Origin: Azolla caroliniana
Taxonomy: Eukaryota > Plantae > Polypodiophyta
DNA length: 64,000 bases
NCBI GenBank assembly: GCA_043228905.1
Contig: JBHGNT010000016.1
Location: 15,252,001 to 15,316,000, forward strand
Reading direction: 5' to 3'
This document shows positions 13,617 to 26,250 of the stretch, piece by piece (position 1 is the stretch's first letter; the number at the start of each line of letters is the position of its first letter). Position numbers and translations under genes: made by a program. The notes beneath the pieces are model-generated. The model saw nothing but the letters and a program-made list of their open reading frames with translations, did no database searches and was not told the DNA's origin.

Positions 13617-14471
13617 TTAGTGGTTGGAACCGAGCATCGGCATATGGGAATCAACCTCCATTGTGGTATGGTTTTGACTGGCTGACGGTAAGGTTGGCGT
13701 GGGCGACAAGTAGGGCCTGGTGATTGTTGAGTTCCGAGAAGAAGCCTGAGACCCACGAGTCCCCCGTTCTTCTTGACAAAGTTCGAAAAGACGATTGTCA
13801 CACTGGACAACTTGGGAGATTACCTGAGACAACGATGTGGGCTCCGGGAAGTTTAAGAGAAAAGTCTTGACGTCATTTCGGAGACCACGATAGAAATGGT
13901 CGCATAGGGCTTGGTCATCCCAACTAACATCGCAGGCAATCTGGCAGAACTTTGAGGCGTAGATTGAGGCAGGACATGAACCTTGTTGGACAGAATAAAG
14001 CTTTGTGAGTGCCGTTCGTCGCCAACATGTCTCGCCAAATGTCACTTCAAGCTCCTCCATGAAAGCGGTGAAGTCCTCCAAGAGAGGGGATGAGGTCTCG
14101 ATCAAGGGTGCAAACCACGCTTGCGCCGGCCCAGAGAGAAGCGTGCCGACAAGCCCAAACCAAGAAAAGTCGCTAGCATACCGTTGGGGTTGTAATCGGA
14201 TGATAAGCCGAATTTGGTTGATGAAGCTGCGAAGATGCGCCCTTGTGCCATTGAATTTGTCGGGTAGGCTGATGCTTGGTTTGAGGACATATGGATGAGA
14301 AGAGGACATGGTCGGGCTAGGTGTCGATGGTGCTTGTGACTCGTCGGCTAGTAGATTTCTTGAAGTGCCGAATTGCAACTCTCGTAATGATTCCCGAAGG
14401 ATTTCATTCTCGAGTTGAAGTTGTTGCAAGGCTGCAATGATTTGGTTTAGGTTGTCGACATAGCCGGACAT
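13617..14471 (-). pseudogene. gag: Element C gag (retrotransposon gag domain; C-terminus frameshifted)
   Basis: LPDKFNGTR..LLSGPAQAWF..QQGS..FYRGLRNDVK. Confidence 0.85.
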
Positions 14472-14499
14472 GGTAGCAAGAAAAGGAAGGTGAACAAAC

Positions 14500-14861
14500 T
14501 ATCACGGACAAGTATAATAGAGTAGAGCGAAGATAAGACTGGAGAACAAGAGAGAGGAAAAGAACAAGAACTCAACTTATAGAATCTGTAACTTGTGTTG
14601 TTCGGCTTGATTAGAATCAAGGTGCACATGAGTATTTATACAAGAGGGTAGGTCTATGTAAGACAACTAGAAATAGAGTGCATGAGGATGCATGCAAGCT
14701 AGAGAATGAGAATACATGTAAGCTAGGAACTTCCAATGTTCAATCTACATTATAGGAAGTTGAATTAAATACAAGGATGCATATGTAGTTGAAGTGGTAG
14801 GGTTTGCCCAATAGAGACCATGAGGTCTTGAACCCTTTATGTGTGGCATATGTCTATGACA
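14500..14861 (-). repeat. 5' LTR of element C
   Basis: Direct repeat of 9142-9503. Confidence 0.9.
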
Positions 14862-14866
14862 CTCTG

Positions 14867-16860
14867 TGGGTACGCGAACCTTGGTGCGTTTGTGTCGAAA
14901 ACTGATGCACTTATGTTGCCAGCTCTGTTTGATATTCGTTGAACGAAGCCAAGGTGTGCCAAGCAGCATAGGATACGCTGTTGGGGCATCGAGGGCGAGG
15001 ACTACCGTCGAGACGTCGAAGCGATGTCCGCCAATGATAATGTGTAATTTTCGTACTAAGCCTAAAGGCCTTACTGAGCGGGTGTCCGCCATGCCAAGCC
15101 AAAACAAGCAAGCTTCCCATTCTAAAATTTCCAATTGTTCACATGTCTTCACGCTAATTACGTTGATGCCAGAGCCGCCGTCGATTGCACATCTTGTGAT
15201 TTCCTACCCGTGTAATATCAACTTAATAACCGGATTGTGGTGATCCACCACCGTTGGTCCGGCACTGGTGTCCGTAAAGTTGGCTGAGATGCTTACCCCA
15301 GGTTTGTCCGTTATGCGATCCTCTACGGCCTGGCGGAACCGTGGGACTAGTTGAAGTAGCTTCTCCATGGTCAGTGTTATGTTGCAACCTACCAATGCTT
15401 GCTATATGGGATCCAGAGATATTACATCTTCCTCCAATGGCCCCACATTGTTCGCAGACTCCTACCGCATGCGTTCCGTATTTTCCACGTTCGCTTTTTC
15501 AACTCATGCTTGGGCCGTCTGATGTGTCTCATCTTGCGCGGCTCAATCAACATTTTTTGTTTGTTGTCTTGTTGTAACTTGCTGAACTTCCGCCATAATC
15601 ATATTGACGGCAGGCCCCTTGCCCTTGTAGAGGGGACATTGAGTGGCGTAATGTCCGGGTTGTTGGCAAACGAAACAATAGACGCTGGATTCGCCTTTCT
15701 CGGCAGCTAGTGGCCTGTTCCTATCCCCAAGTGTGACTAGCTCCTCCCAGTCTTGGTTCATTCTTCTGAACGTTCGCGATGGTGAGTGTTTGTCCCGACG
15801 CGCATCCTGGTGCCTGTCATCGTCCGAACTATCATCGTAACGCCGTTGGTCCTGATACTGACAATGTTTCCCGCAAGGCCCATTGAAGCCGCCACATTTG
15901 TTCGTCGAACGGTATTTCTCGTAGCGCCAGCCTCCTTTATTATATCTATGGTTGCTCCGGTGGTCTTCTTCCTCCGGCTCTTCTTCCTCGGAATTGTTGT
16001 TATTCCGGAGATTCCGGTAGTGCCGATCATCGCGTGGGTTCTGATCCGTATACCGGGGTCGTTCTTCTTGGCGCCTGTGCTCATTACGGCGAGGTGGGCG
16101 CTGTGTTTCCATGCTTCGTATTGTGGGCGTGGGTCTGTTTGGCATATTGTGCTCAAACTTCTCGACCGTGTGTGCTTTCGAGTGACAGATTGGGCAGTGG
16201 ATTCACATGTTGCATTCCACAGCAGAATGCCCAGAATTGAGGCAAATCGTGCACTGGATTGCCTTGTGAAATTGTCATTCCTCGTTCTGAGGTAATGCTT
16301 GCTATAATGAGCACATGGAAAACCTTTCCTCTTCTTCATCCAGCTTGAGCTATAGCGCTCGTTCTATGACCATATCGATTGTTTCTCCTTTCACGCTATT
16401 GTTGTTGAGTGTCGTCCGTATCGGTCATCGTAAAGCTGCCAAAAATGTCTCTCGAGCCTCGTCCTCTGTCGGGCCCCATTCTAATTTCTGTCGTAGATTT
16501 TGGAAGCATAAACTGAAGTCCGCTATAGTCTCGGTCGGCAATTGTTTGATTGTATAGAACTGTCCGAGGATTTCGCGTTGCGGCACCCTCCGATGAAAGA
16601 AACGCAGAAAGGCCGACTGTAGCTGGTCGAAGGTCGTGATTGCTAGTAGATCCATCTGCGAATGCCAAAACGCCGCTCTCCCATCCAAAGTTAATCCGAA
16701 CTCTATCATTTTGGACTCGTGCGCTACCTCTTCGGGAAGTCTCTGCGCCATGTGATTTGCATTCCAGACATTCAGGAACAGGCGAATGTGGGTTGCGGCG
16801 TTTGTTTCGCGGTTGAAGCAGGGATAAGAGAAGGCCATGCTGGACGCTACGGCAAGCAAG
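14867..16860 (-). pseudogene. gag: Element D gag and protease fragments
   Basis: EFGLTLDGRAAFW, zinc knuckle CFVCQQPGHYATQC, IDGGSGIN, MLLGTPWL. Confidence 0.85.
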
Positions 16861-17108
16861 GAAAGACCACAGTGCTTATGTGGTGACCAAACTTCCTGCT
16901 TGTCGCCGGGGTATTTGGTGAGCGGGAAATCGACTTTGTGGTTCCAACAGATATCACTGGGGTCACTGAGGCGAGGTTTTTGCCTTGCCCGTTCCTATGC
17001 CTAGCATGTGATGGACCTTGTGATTGGTCGGTCTTGCCGTGTTGGTTCTCTGGGACGTTTATGGCTAAACATCCATTCATCGTTGTTCGTCTGTGAGAAG
17101 ACACAGAT

Positions 17109-17122
17109 CACCAAGCGTGCCA
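17109..17122 (-). promoter_or_regulatory. PBS of element D (tRNA-Arg-like)
   Basis: TGGCACGCTTGGTG starts 4 nt after the 5' LTR; resembles the Tat-type TGGCACGCCC PBS. Confidence 0.7.
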
Positions 17123-17126
17123 AACG

Positions 17127-17593
17127 TGTTACCGATTAGGAACACTGTCTAGGGTCAGTCCTTCGACCTAGACCTCAAGGTGACTGCGTTGCAAAGAACA
17201 GTACCGTCGTACTATAATACGTAATGGGATACTTCCCCATATCCTAGTAGCGTATAAGGGAGACGGCTACAACCGAACTCCTTAGACAGTGCACTAGTAA
17301 CCGCACTTACGCCTATGCCCTTACGATTACAATACGCCACAGAGAATCAAAGAACATAGTAGATCAATCACAGATATGCACAGAAATCAGATAAGATAGT
17401 ACTCTATTAGAATAACGCTCTATGCACCAAAATTACCACGCTACCTCTTACAAAGGATTTCTGCCCTTTATATACACAGGTCTTTTAGTCGTTCATGCTT
17501 CCCGCGTGAACCGTTCCATACGTTTCTTACGCTTTTACTATACTATAATACATCTTCGCTTCTGTTCGTCAATTACTATTCCGGAGGACAACA
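17127..17593 (-). repeat. 5' LTR of element D
   Basis: Direct repeat of 2430-2895. Confidence 0.92.
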
Positions 17594-17598
17594 CCAAT

Positions 17599-20563
17599 GT
17601 CTGGTTGGTATGATCCATTTGGCCATTAGTCTCAGATGACATCCTGAAGAAAGCTTAGCCGGAATTTGGAGAAGTTTGAGTGTGTGCTTCCAAAACATTG
17701 AGATAAATTGTGGACCCCGATCACTAATAATGTCATGTGGAAGACCATGGTGCTTAAATACCTCCCGTATAACTAGTTGGGTTGCCTCTAGACTAGTAAT
17801 AGACTTCGTGCATGGCAAGAAATGTGCCATTTTGGTAAGTCGATGAACCACTGTGAGAATTGCATCATAACCTTTTGAAACTGGGAGATCGGTAATGAAA
17901 TCCAAGGTTATAGACTTCCAATGATTTTCAGGAATGGGAAGTGGTTATAGTAAGCCATAGGATCAGTGTCGAGGACTCTTCGATCGACAACATGTATCAA
18001 AACTGCGAACATACTCCTCAACAAAATGACAAAGGCGAGGCCACCAATATTGTTGAGAAATTAATTCTAGAGTTTTGCATACTCCAAAATGTCCAGCCAT
18101 TGGTGAGTCATGGCAGTGTTAGTCATGGGGGACCCTCATGAACATACAATAGGTTTTGTTGAAATAGAAAACCACCATGCGAATAGAACTGACGATAATT
18201 ATTACGAGGGATTTTCGACTGCGAGCAAGAAGCACGATCTGGAACAATATGATCCAAAAAATCCTTGGCGAATTCATCAGTGGTCATATGATCTTGAAAG
18301 GAATCAAGAAGACTGGAATCTTCAAGTGTTGTTATGGCATTAACTACCATTAATCATAGGGGATTAGGACCCAAAAGGATTTGTTTTTGTTGCTCAAACG
18401 TAGGTTCCCCTAGACGAAGTTCCATATAAGGGCGTCGAGAAAATGCATCTACTTTGCCTTGCTGCATCCCACGGCGATATATGATTACAAAGTCGAAGTG
18501 GGTCAAAAACTGCACCCACCTAGCTTGTCGCCGACTCAAGACTCAAGCATTTTTAAAATATGTCAGGTTCTTATGATCATTGTAGACAATGATCTACTAA
18601 GAAGAGCCGTCTAGAAAATGTCTTCATTGTTGAAAAGAATCTCGTAGTTGATCTTTGTAGCTTCAACCTTTCAGGAATGAAAGGCGACGGGGTGTAGCTC
18701 TCCGTCATCTCCAATCTGCGATAAGACACTTCCTAGTGCAAAATCGAATGCATCAGCTTCAAGGATGAAGCGTTTTGTTGGGTCTACATGTGCTAAAATA
18801 GGTGCCATTGTAAATGCCCATTTTAAACTTTCAAATGCCTCAGCTGCATCTGAACTCCATATGAATAGTTGATTTTTGTGTGTGAGTTGAGTGAACGGAA
18901 GCACGACGTTAGAATAAATTTTAATAAATTTTCGATAAAAGTTTGCAAACTCGAGAAAACATTGCACATCGCGCTATTGTGAAGATTTTCGGCAACAGTG
19001 TGAAAATCACATGGAACGGAGAAAATCTAGAAGATGCAAAATGGGGCAAAGGTTACACTCCTACGTTAACATGTTGTAAACATAAATGAAATGAGAACCC
19101 CTAATGCCTAGTAACATTTTCATGCATACCAAGGGGTGCAAGTAAAGTTTGAACCTTGCACCTCCAAGTTAAGACACAATTGACTTACCATTAGACTAAG
19201 TTGTTTTCTTTAAAGTTTATTTCTTATTGTACTTTTCACATGTAACAGCTCGTACATGAGAGCTTTAGTGAGTGACATGGTTATCATGCATCACATGCGA
19301 TGCATGAGCACCAAATGGCGATCATGCATTGTATGCGTATTTTACACCCTCACATGTATCATATGCATGGGGCCTCTATAAAAGAAAGGAAGAAAAAGAA
19401 ATGAGGGGGGAACAATCAATCTATGAATCTGTCAAGTTATGTATCAAATAAAAAATTACTAATAATAATAAACCTAGTTATCTTATTGGTGATGTGTCTT
19501 GTTTCTCTAAATTGAAGTCAAGGGTTCAAACCTAGAATTGGAATTTCAGTCTATCTATCTATCTATCTTAAACACTTCCTCAATTTTCGTTTCTCTCTGT
19601 CTCTCAACCACATTAGTGCGTCACTTCAGTTGCCCACAAGTCAATCCACTGCACCATTGAGTTGGGTACGGGTGCGTCTTCGACAACAAAGGACAAGTCA
19701 ACGATAAACCTAAACGACCAATTCCTTACAGGCACAACTCACCCAATTTGTTCTTCCCGGTCAAAGACCTTGGTAGTCCCATTCGAACAACCCATAGGCG
19801 CGGAAATCCTATCATCAATCCTCCATAACCACTAGCAGATAGAGGCCCGGTGCTTGTCCGCAGTTGTGACGTGCACCTTACGACGTTTAGCACATGTGTC
19901 ACACGCCATGCGACAACGCACTGAAACAAGTATCTGCCACTCTAAAACTGCTTGAACCTTCATGGGGTCCATAGAAATCCCATTTGATGATACAACATAC
20001 CCCAAAAATTCCACTTGATTTTGGCCGAAAGTACACATTTCTAATTTTGTGTAGAGACCATATTCTCGTAGTCGACGTAGTACCTGACGAACATGTTCAT
20101 CATGCTCCTCTTGGGTCTTCGAGTAGATCAAAATTTCATCTAGGTAAACTATTATAGTTAAGATATCAAGAAAATCTCGAAAAATATCATTCGCCATATG
20201 CTGGAAAACTGCAGGTGCATTCGTGAGACCGAATGGCATCACAATATACTCAAAATTGTCCAGAGCGAGTGCGAAAAGCAATCTTCCATTCATCCCCCAG
20301 ACGAATCCGAACTAGATTATATGCACCACGAAGGTCCAATTTTGTGAAATATTTTGCTCCACTAAGACGTTCCAAAAGATTCGGAATTAACGGTAGAGCA
20401 TATCTATTCTGGATGGTCACTTTGTTTAACCCTCGATAATCCACGACCAACCGAAGAGACCCATTCTTTTTCTTAACGAAGAAGATAGGTGCACCAACAA
20501 GGGATCTAGAATGCCGAATGAATCCATTTCCGAGATTCTCGTCGATATATTCTTGCAAAATCT
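17599..20563 (-). pseudogene. pol: Element A pol fragments (RT, RNase H, integrase N-terminus)
   Basis: [41 protein letters not shown]; split by a solo LTR. Confidence 0.88.
18975..19915 (+). mobile_element. Probable old solo LTR of the F/H lineage
   Basis: Interrupts A RT (SVR|DVQCF); starts TATTGTGAAGA (F LTR starts TGTCGTGAAGA) and ends CGACA; imperfect 4-bp TSD GCGC/ACGC; TATA-like CTATAAAAG near 19376. Confidence 0.6.
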
Positions 20564-20568
20564 CTATC

Positions 20569-20667
20569 TGTCATGAACAGTACTGAGACAGAGAAGGAAT
20601 TAGTACTAAACGAAGGATTAGTACTATGAGAGGTGTGGAACTTCTTCGAGAGAAGGAAGAAATGAGC

Positions 20668-20718
<51 letters not shown>

Positions 20719-21008
20719 AGAAAGATATTTATTATATGAAGAGAATATACAACGGTGGCTAAAAGGCTTAAGACTGGCGTTGAACCAATTTGGTTCAACA
20801 TAATGCCTAGTGCCCTCTTTTATAGTGTTTTCAGGAGTAATCCTGAAGCTTCTAGAATGTTCCAGAGAAATCTGGAATATACACTAATTTCCTATAATAA
20901 AATGTAAATGAAAATAATATCCTACGTATTACAATAGATGGTCTAATGGTCAAGAACTCGACCCATATAACCTAAGGTCATGGGTTCGAGTCTTGCCATA
21001 TCATGACA
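20569..21008 (-). repeat. 3' LTR of element B
   Basis: Differs from the 5' LTR by about 2 substitutions and (GA)n length, by eye. Confidence 0.96.
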
Positions 21009-24000
21009 CTATCCCCCCTTTAAAACGACGAGTGTCACGAGTCGTCTTGGATTGAGGACCCGGTTTGTGTGGATATTGACGATGGAAGTCTTCAAGAAGA
21101 GCACGAGCATTGGTTACATTCTCGATCGGTTCCCAAGTACGTTCGCTGGGACTATAGCCTAGCCAATCGACTAGATAGTAGAGCTTGTTGCGAACAATCT
21201 TCGAATCAAGAATGGCGGCAACCTCGTACTCCGGCCCATCTTCAAGCTCGATCGGGGGTGGAGGTTGGATAAGACGTTCTGGGATGGTGCTCTCGTGGTA
21301 GGGTTCGAAGAGAGAACTATGAAACACCGGATGTATCTGAAGTTGAGGAGGTAGATCGAGACGAAAAGCAACATCATTAATCTTTCCAATAATACGGAAA
21401 GGACCTAATCGCCGATAATCCAACTTCTCACATGGGCGAGTAGTCTTGATGTGTCGTCGTAGCAACCACACCCGATCTCCAATATTAAAACTAGATGGAA
21501 GTCGATGACGATCCGCGTAGACCTTGTGTGTTTGTTGAGCTTGCTGGAGATGAGTAGATAAATCCGCTTGTATCTTGCGTAACCGCTCCAAACGATCCTC
21601 CGCGCACGGATTTGTGGACACCTCTGGGGTTTCAAGTACACTCCACCGGGGGTGACATCCCGTATAAGCATAAAATGGCGTAACTTTAGTGGATGCGTGG
21701 ATAGAGTTGTTATAGGAAAATTCGGCGAAGTGGAGAATATCTGCCCAGTCGTCCTGATGATAGCTGAGAAAGCACCGCAGATACTGCTCCAACGTTTGAT
21801 TTGTTCGTTCAGCTTGGCCGTCAGTTTGTGGGTGGTAGTCGGAAGAGAGGTTACAAGTGACCTTGAGCATGTTAAAAAGGTGTTTCCAGAATTTTGACAC
21901 GAACTGGGGTCCACGGTCGCTAATGATACTATCGGGGAGTCCATGATGCCGACATACTTCACGCATGACAATTTCGGCAGTGTCTTCACTGGAGATCTCC
22001 TTAGTACATGGCAAGAAATGAGCCATCTTCGTATATCGATCGACCACCGTTAGAATAGCATTGAACCCCTTAGAGACTGGAAGATCTGTGATGAAGTCTA
22101 GAGCAATGGATTGCCACGGCTTGCTTGGAATTGATAATGGTTCTAATAAACCATATGGATGATGCCTTGGCATTTTCGCTCTGCAACATGTATCACAAGT
22201 CCGAACAAAATCCTCGACAAATTGTCGCATACAGGGCCACCAGAATGATCGTTGTACTAAATGTAATGTTTTAGTACTACCAAAATGCCCAGCTGTATAT
22301 GTGTCATGACAGTTTTGTACTACTCGAAGGCGGCAAGAACCATTAGGAACATACAAAAGTTCTTTAAAGAAGAGTAATCCATCATGGTATTTGAATTACC
22401 GATAGTCCGTACCTGGTGGTTGCGACTGTGAACACGACGCTCGAGAGGGATCAATTTGTGCTAGTATAGCTTGGGCGAACGCATCTGTCTTCAAGTCTTC
22501 ACGTATGGTATCGATAACGCGGGAATCCATAGGCATGTCAAAGATTTGTGTTGCTTGTAATCGTGCCGGTCCCAAGATGACTTGTTTTTGGTTATCGAAA
22601 GCTGGCTCGCCGGGACGGGGTGCTAGATACGAACGCCGTGATAATGCATCTGCCTTCCCTTGGTGCCTCCCCGGACGATATGTAATTTTGAAGTCGAAAC
22701 GCGTGAGGAAGTGGGCCCACCGAGCTTGACGTCGATTCAACACACGAGCATCCTGAAAGTAGGCAAGATTCTTGTGGTCACTAAATACGGTGACTGGATG
22801 AGAGGATCCCTCCAGAAAATGCCTCCATTGCATAAAAGAATCCACTATTGCCAATAGCTCCTTATCATGGATTTCGTAGTTGATTTCGGCGGCATCAAAC
22901 TTGCGTGAGTGAAAAGCCACAGGATGTAGCTTTTCATCATTCCCCTGTTGTGACAGAATGCTCCCCAATGCAAAATCCGATGCGTCAGCTTCGATAATGA
23001 ATGGTTTCTCCGGATCGACATGAGCTAGAATTGGAGCCGATGTAAATGCTTTTTTAAGACTCTCGAAAGCCATGTCCGTTTCTTCAGACCAGATGAACGG
23101 TTGTCCCTTCCTGGCAAGTTGTGTGAGAGGTAGAACGATCTTTGAGTAATCCTGTATGAACTTCCGGTAAAAATTGGCAAAGCCTAAGAAGCATTGCACA
23201 TCCCGTACCGAACGCGGAGTCTGCCATTCTACCACCGTTCTGACCTTAGCTGGGTCCATGGAGATGCCTTCTGACGAAATGATGTAGCCGAGAAATTCCA
23301 CTTGGTTGCACCCGAAACTACATTTTTCTAGCTTTGCATACAGACCATGTTCTCGAAGTCGTTTTAGTACTAATAGTACATGAGAATCATGTTCTTCTTG
23401 GGTCTTTGAATAAATCAGTAGATCATCCAAATAGATGATCAAACAATCATCCAATAGATCTCGGAATATATCATTAGCCATGTGCTGGAAGACTGCCGGC
23501 GCATTAGTGAGGCCGAACGGCATGACAGTATACTCGAAGTGCCCATATCTGGTGCGAAACGCGGTCTTCCATTCGTCTCCTGGTCGGATCCGTACGAGGT
23601 TATATGCTCCCCGTAAGTCGATCTTCGTGAAGAACCTGGCACCATTGATCCATTCTAAAAGACTTGAGATAAGGGGAAGAGCATACCTATTCCTGATTGT
23701 AACCTTATTCAAGCCACGGTAATCTACAACGAGACGAAGCGATCCATCTTTTTTCTTCACGAAGAAAATGGGCGCACCGGCTGGAGATTTCGAATGCCGA
23801 ATGAAACCATTTTCCAAATTCTCCTCTATATAGGCCCGAAGGACTTCCAGCTCGGTTGGTGACAAATTGTAGATCGGTCCCCATGGCGGCTCTTTTCCCG
23901 GTTGTAAATCGATGGGGCAATCGTACGGTCGATGATGAGGAAGTGTGTTGGCTTGTACTTTATCGAACACATCGGTGTAATGGCGATACTTCTCGGGAAG

Positions 24001-24597
24001 TTGAACGGTGGATTCTTCTTTAGTGGTGTTGGAGGGGTTTACTGATATTGCAAAGAGGAACATTTCCTCCTTGTGCCCTTCTTTACGCAACTGACGTAGC
24101 GAAATGGTTGCCATCTTCTGAGTTGACCCTTGGGTTTGTCGACACCGGATTTCTCTTGTTCTCCAATCTATGTCAGGGTTATGTAACTCGAACCACGGTA
24201 GTCCTAAAACTATAGGATGTTCTGGGATACTAATAATATTAAATGATACTACACATACTAAGTTATCTAGGACAATATTAATGGGCTCTGACTCTTCTAG
24301 GATATTTCCGGAAGCAATGGGACGTCCATCAATGACTACTACAGAGGCTCGACACTGGAGTTTTCTTAGGGATATCTTATGAGCTTGAGCAAATTTCTTA
24401 TCCATAAAGCAAGAGTTAGCTCCGGAATCTAGGAGTGCTAGGACATGTACTGGAGGGGTACTTTTAGTACTAACTATTACTTGGGCTACGAACACATCAC
24501 TAACTTGCTTAGAGGGAATGGAACCACTAATGGGCTGCACAGATCTAGGGCTGTCCAACCAAACGGCTCCTATTTTGGCTGGAGTTAGTCGTTTAAC
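21001..24597 (-). pseudogene. pol: Element B pol (protease, RT, RNase H, integrase, chromodomain) with one premature stop at 22396-22398
   Basis: Same-frame ORFs 22396..24558 (LLDSGAN, YLDD, EADASD) and 21001..22356 (HHCC, DDE core, EYEVAAILDSK..VDWLGY..TWEP); the stop codon lies inside the 3' LTR. Confidence 0.95.
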
Positions 24598-25736
24598 TCT
24601 TCTTATAACTGACTAAGGACATCAAATTTGTTTGCTAGATCTGGGATATTAGTACTATTAGGACTATCAGATATCCCTACTGAAATAGGTTCGGATTTAG
24701 TACAATTAGAACTAGCGACTATTTGGTTTACCTGTCTTCTTGGCCTATGGGGGCAATTTATTGCGATATGTCCTGGTCCACCGCAGTAAAGACATAGTCG
24801 ATTTGTACGGCGTCGCTGCTTTTCTTCTTCGGATAATGGCCCTCGACGACGTGTAGTGTCAATCTCCATCGGAGTCGGAGTATTCGCTGGAGACGCATTA
24901 TATGACTCCCTCGGAAAAGGTCTTGCTACCACTGAGGCGTAGGTGGGCTCTGATCTTGCCCTCGGCATCTGTAGCTGTCGTTCCGAACGTCGCTCAAAGA
25001 GGCGGTTGTCACATCTCACCGCGCGACTGATTGCTTCTGTTAAGGACTTTGGCTCTTCGGGGAAGGTCAAGAGTAAATCCTTGACGTCGTTGCGTAAACC
25101 ATAACGGAATTGCTCCATCAACGCTTGATCATCCCAAGGGATATCGGCGGCGAGTAGGCGAAAATCTGCAGCGTATGCGGAGGCTGGACGGTCACCTTGG
25201 CGTAATCGCCGGATTTTGTTGATTGCGGTCCTGATGCTGTCAGTATCTCCGAAACATGCTTTAAACTCACCTAGAAACTCTTCAAAATTGTTGAGTAACG
25301 GAGATTCCTTTTCTAATAGTGGAGCGAACCATGACAACGCTGAGCCACTTAACAAAGTGCCTACTAAACCCACTCGTGATGCATCGGTGGGATATCGGGA
25401 AGGATGCATTTGAATAACTAATCGTACCTGGTTAAGGAACCCTCTAAACTGCGATCGCGTTCCATCGAACTTCGTGGGAAGGCCAATCTTAGGTTCTTTA
25501 TGAATTCCTTATGTTCCGGGCCCATGTTGTTGCATCGCTACGATGGTGGCTTCGAGTTGTTGCACGCGTAACGCAAGTTCCCCATGTTGTTGTTGCGTTT
25601 GCTGCTTTTCTAAGGAGATTTGCTGAAGATCCCCCAGCAACCGTTGGTTTTCTTGTTCCAAAGCATGGAACTTCTCCTTCAAGCATTGGAATTCCGAGAA
25701 AACAGATTGATATTCTTCAGCGCTAACAATGGCCAT
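24585..25736 (-). pseudogene. gag: Element B gag with zinc knuckle; premature stops near 25509 and 24603
   Basis: ORFs 25509..25736 and 24603..25409 (CLYCGGPGHIAINC); the sister element G has sense codons at both stops. Confidence 0.9.
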
Positions 25737-25795
25737 GGGATGAAAGAAAAGAGGAATAAAAGATTAGTAGGAAATGAGAGAGACAGAAGGTAGGA

Positions 25796-25807
25796 AAATT
25801 GGTTCAA
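25796..25807 (-). promoter_or_regulatory. Non-tRNA PBS of element B (putative self-priming site)
   Basis: TTGAACCAATTT starts 2 nt after the 5' LTR; complementary to LTR 26017-26028. Confidence 0.75.
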
Positions 25808-25809
25808 AC

Positions 25810-25908
25810 TGTCATGAACAGTACTGAGACAGAGAAGGAATTAGTACTAAACGAAGGATTAGTACTATGAGAGGTGTGGAACTTCTTCGAGAGAAGGAAG
25901 AAATGAGC

Positions 25909-25955
<47 letters not shown>

Positions 25956-26245
25956 AGAAAGATATTTATTATATGAAGAGAATATACAACGGTGGCTAAA
26001 AGGCTTAAGACTGGCGTTGAACCAATTTGGTTCAACATAATGCCTAGTGCCCTCTTTTATAGTGTTTTCAGGAGTAATCCTGAAGCTTCTAGAATGTTCC
26101 AGAGAAATCTGGAATATACACTAATTTCCTATAATAAAATGAAAATGAAAATAACATCCTACGTATTACAATAGATGGTCTAATGGTCAAGAACTCGACC
26201 CATATAACCTAAGGTCATGGGTTCGAGTCTTGCCATATCATGACA
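25810..26245 (-). repeat. 5' LTR of element B
   Basis: Direct repeat of 20569-21008. Confidence 0.96.
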
Positions 26246-26250
26246 CTATC

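Larger units (their letters stand above)
9142..14861 (-). mobile_element. Element C: degenerate chromovirus inserted in D pol
   Basis: LTRs 9142-9503 and 14500-14861; TSD CTCTG at 9137-9141 and 14862-14866; PPT AGAGGGAGGATGA; gag 13617-14471; RT, RNase H, integrase and chromodomain fragments. Confidence 0.92.
2430..17593 (-). mobile_element. Element D: degenerate non-chromovirus Ty3/Gypsy (Phygy/Athila-Tat-like) with extra 3' ORF
   Basis: LTRs 2430-2895 and 17127-17593 (TG..CA); TSD CCAAT at 2425-2429 and 17594-17598; inserted in A integrase; gag and pol fragments homologous to element E. Confidence 0.92.
20569..26245 (-). mobile_element. Element B: young full-length chromovirus (Tcn1-like), 5.7 kb
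   Basis: Near-identical LTRs 20569-21008 and 25810-26245; TSD CTATC; PPT AAAGGGGGGATAG; complete gag-pol with chromodomain. Confidence 0.97.

Noticed and set aside
20564-20568. TSD of B (CTATC) equals the sequence next to its PPT
   Set aside because: A single 5-bp coincidence; other chromovirus TSDs here differ
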